Shown piece by piece: positions 25,092 through 25,214 of a DNA stretch of 25,214 nucleotides. How positions within the stretch are numbered: position 1 is the stretch's first letter; each line of letters opens with the position of its first letter. This DNA is from a virus (taxonomy: Duplodnaviria > Caudoviricetes), in IMG/VR virus record IMGVR_UViG_3300045974_000134, positions 1 to 25,214 of that record, one strand, 5' to 3'. The translations under genes were made by a program, and so were the position numbers. The notes under the pieces were generated by a model, which was not told where the DNA came from, did no database searches, and saw only the letters and a list, made by a program, of their open reading frames with translations.

Positions 25092-25214
25092 GTACGCCCG
25101 TCATGGGCGTGAACTTATGGGGTGCAAGTCCCCTGTACGAGAATCCAGTCACTGTCGCGATGACAGGGTAAACGAAGTACTAGCCGAAGGCAAGGGCGTC
25201 TCCGCGAGGAGAGG
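25092..25214 (+). mobile_element. Group II intron, class IIC, 5' end (domain I, truncated by the window)
   Basis: Begins GTACGCCCGTCATGGGCG (GUNYG start), then GGGGTGCAAGTCCCC and TAGCCGAAGGCAAGGG blocks typical of IIC domain I. The 5' exon has a stem-loop (25058-25081) and ends in TTGT. Confidence 0.85.

Noticed and set aside
24946-25152. 68-aa minus-strand ORF in the track
   Set aside because: Chimeric across the intron junction; a different frame (stop at 24923) gives the more protein-like sequence.

Overview
The window is the minus-strand virion (late) module of a podovirus-like phage or prophage. In transcription order (right to left): a sigma70-type promoter carrying an operator, a small DUF2292-like gene, a long leader hairpin, a small hypothetical gene, scaffold, N4-gp56-type major capsid protein, a probable decoration protein, a hypothetical protein, head-tail adaptor, tail tube/nozzle, a 1136-aa Ig/MBG-repeat fibre, two small CxxC proteins and two probable ejection proteins. 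The last gene is a giant ORF (12044 to <1, at least 4014 codons) that the ORF track omits because it has no stop in the window. It encodes a DarB-like polyvalent protein: amino-MTase + SF2 helicase + HExxH zincin peptidase + ADP-ribosyltransferase-like domain. The most unusual feature is that this gene hides at least five same-strand small ORFs, all in its +1 frame, each with its own Shine-Dalgarno and each confined to an inter-domain linker. They include two tandem zinc-ribbon microproteins and a TnpV-like 106-aa protein with its own embedded extended -10 promoter. Other signals are an 18-bp operator shared by two promoters 11.3 kb apart, a duplicated pseudoknot-like leader before the capsid gene, and the 5' end of a class IIC group II intron inserted antisense into a phage gene at the right edge. 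Family names are from motif recognition by eye; no database search was run.
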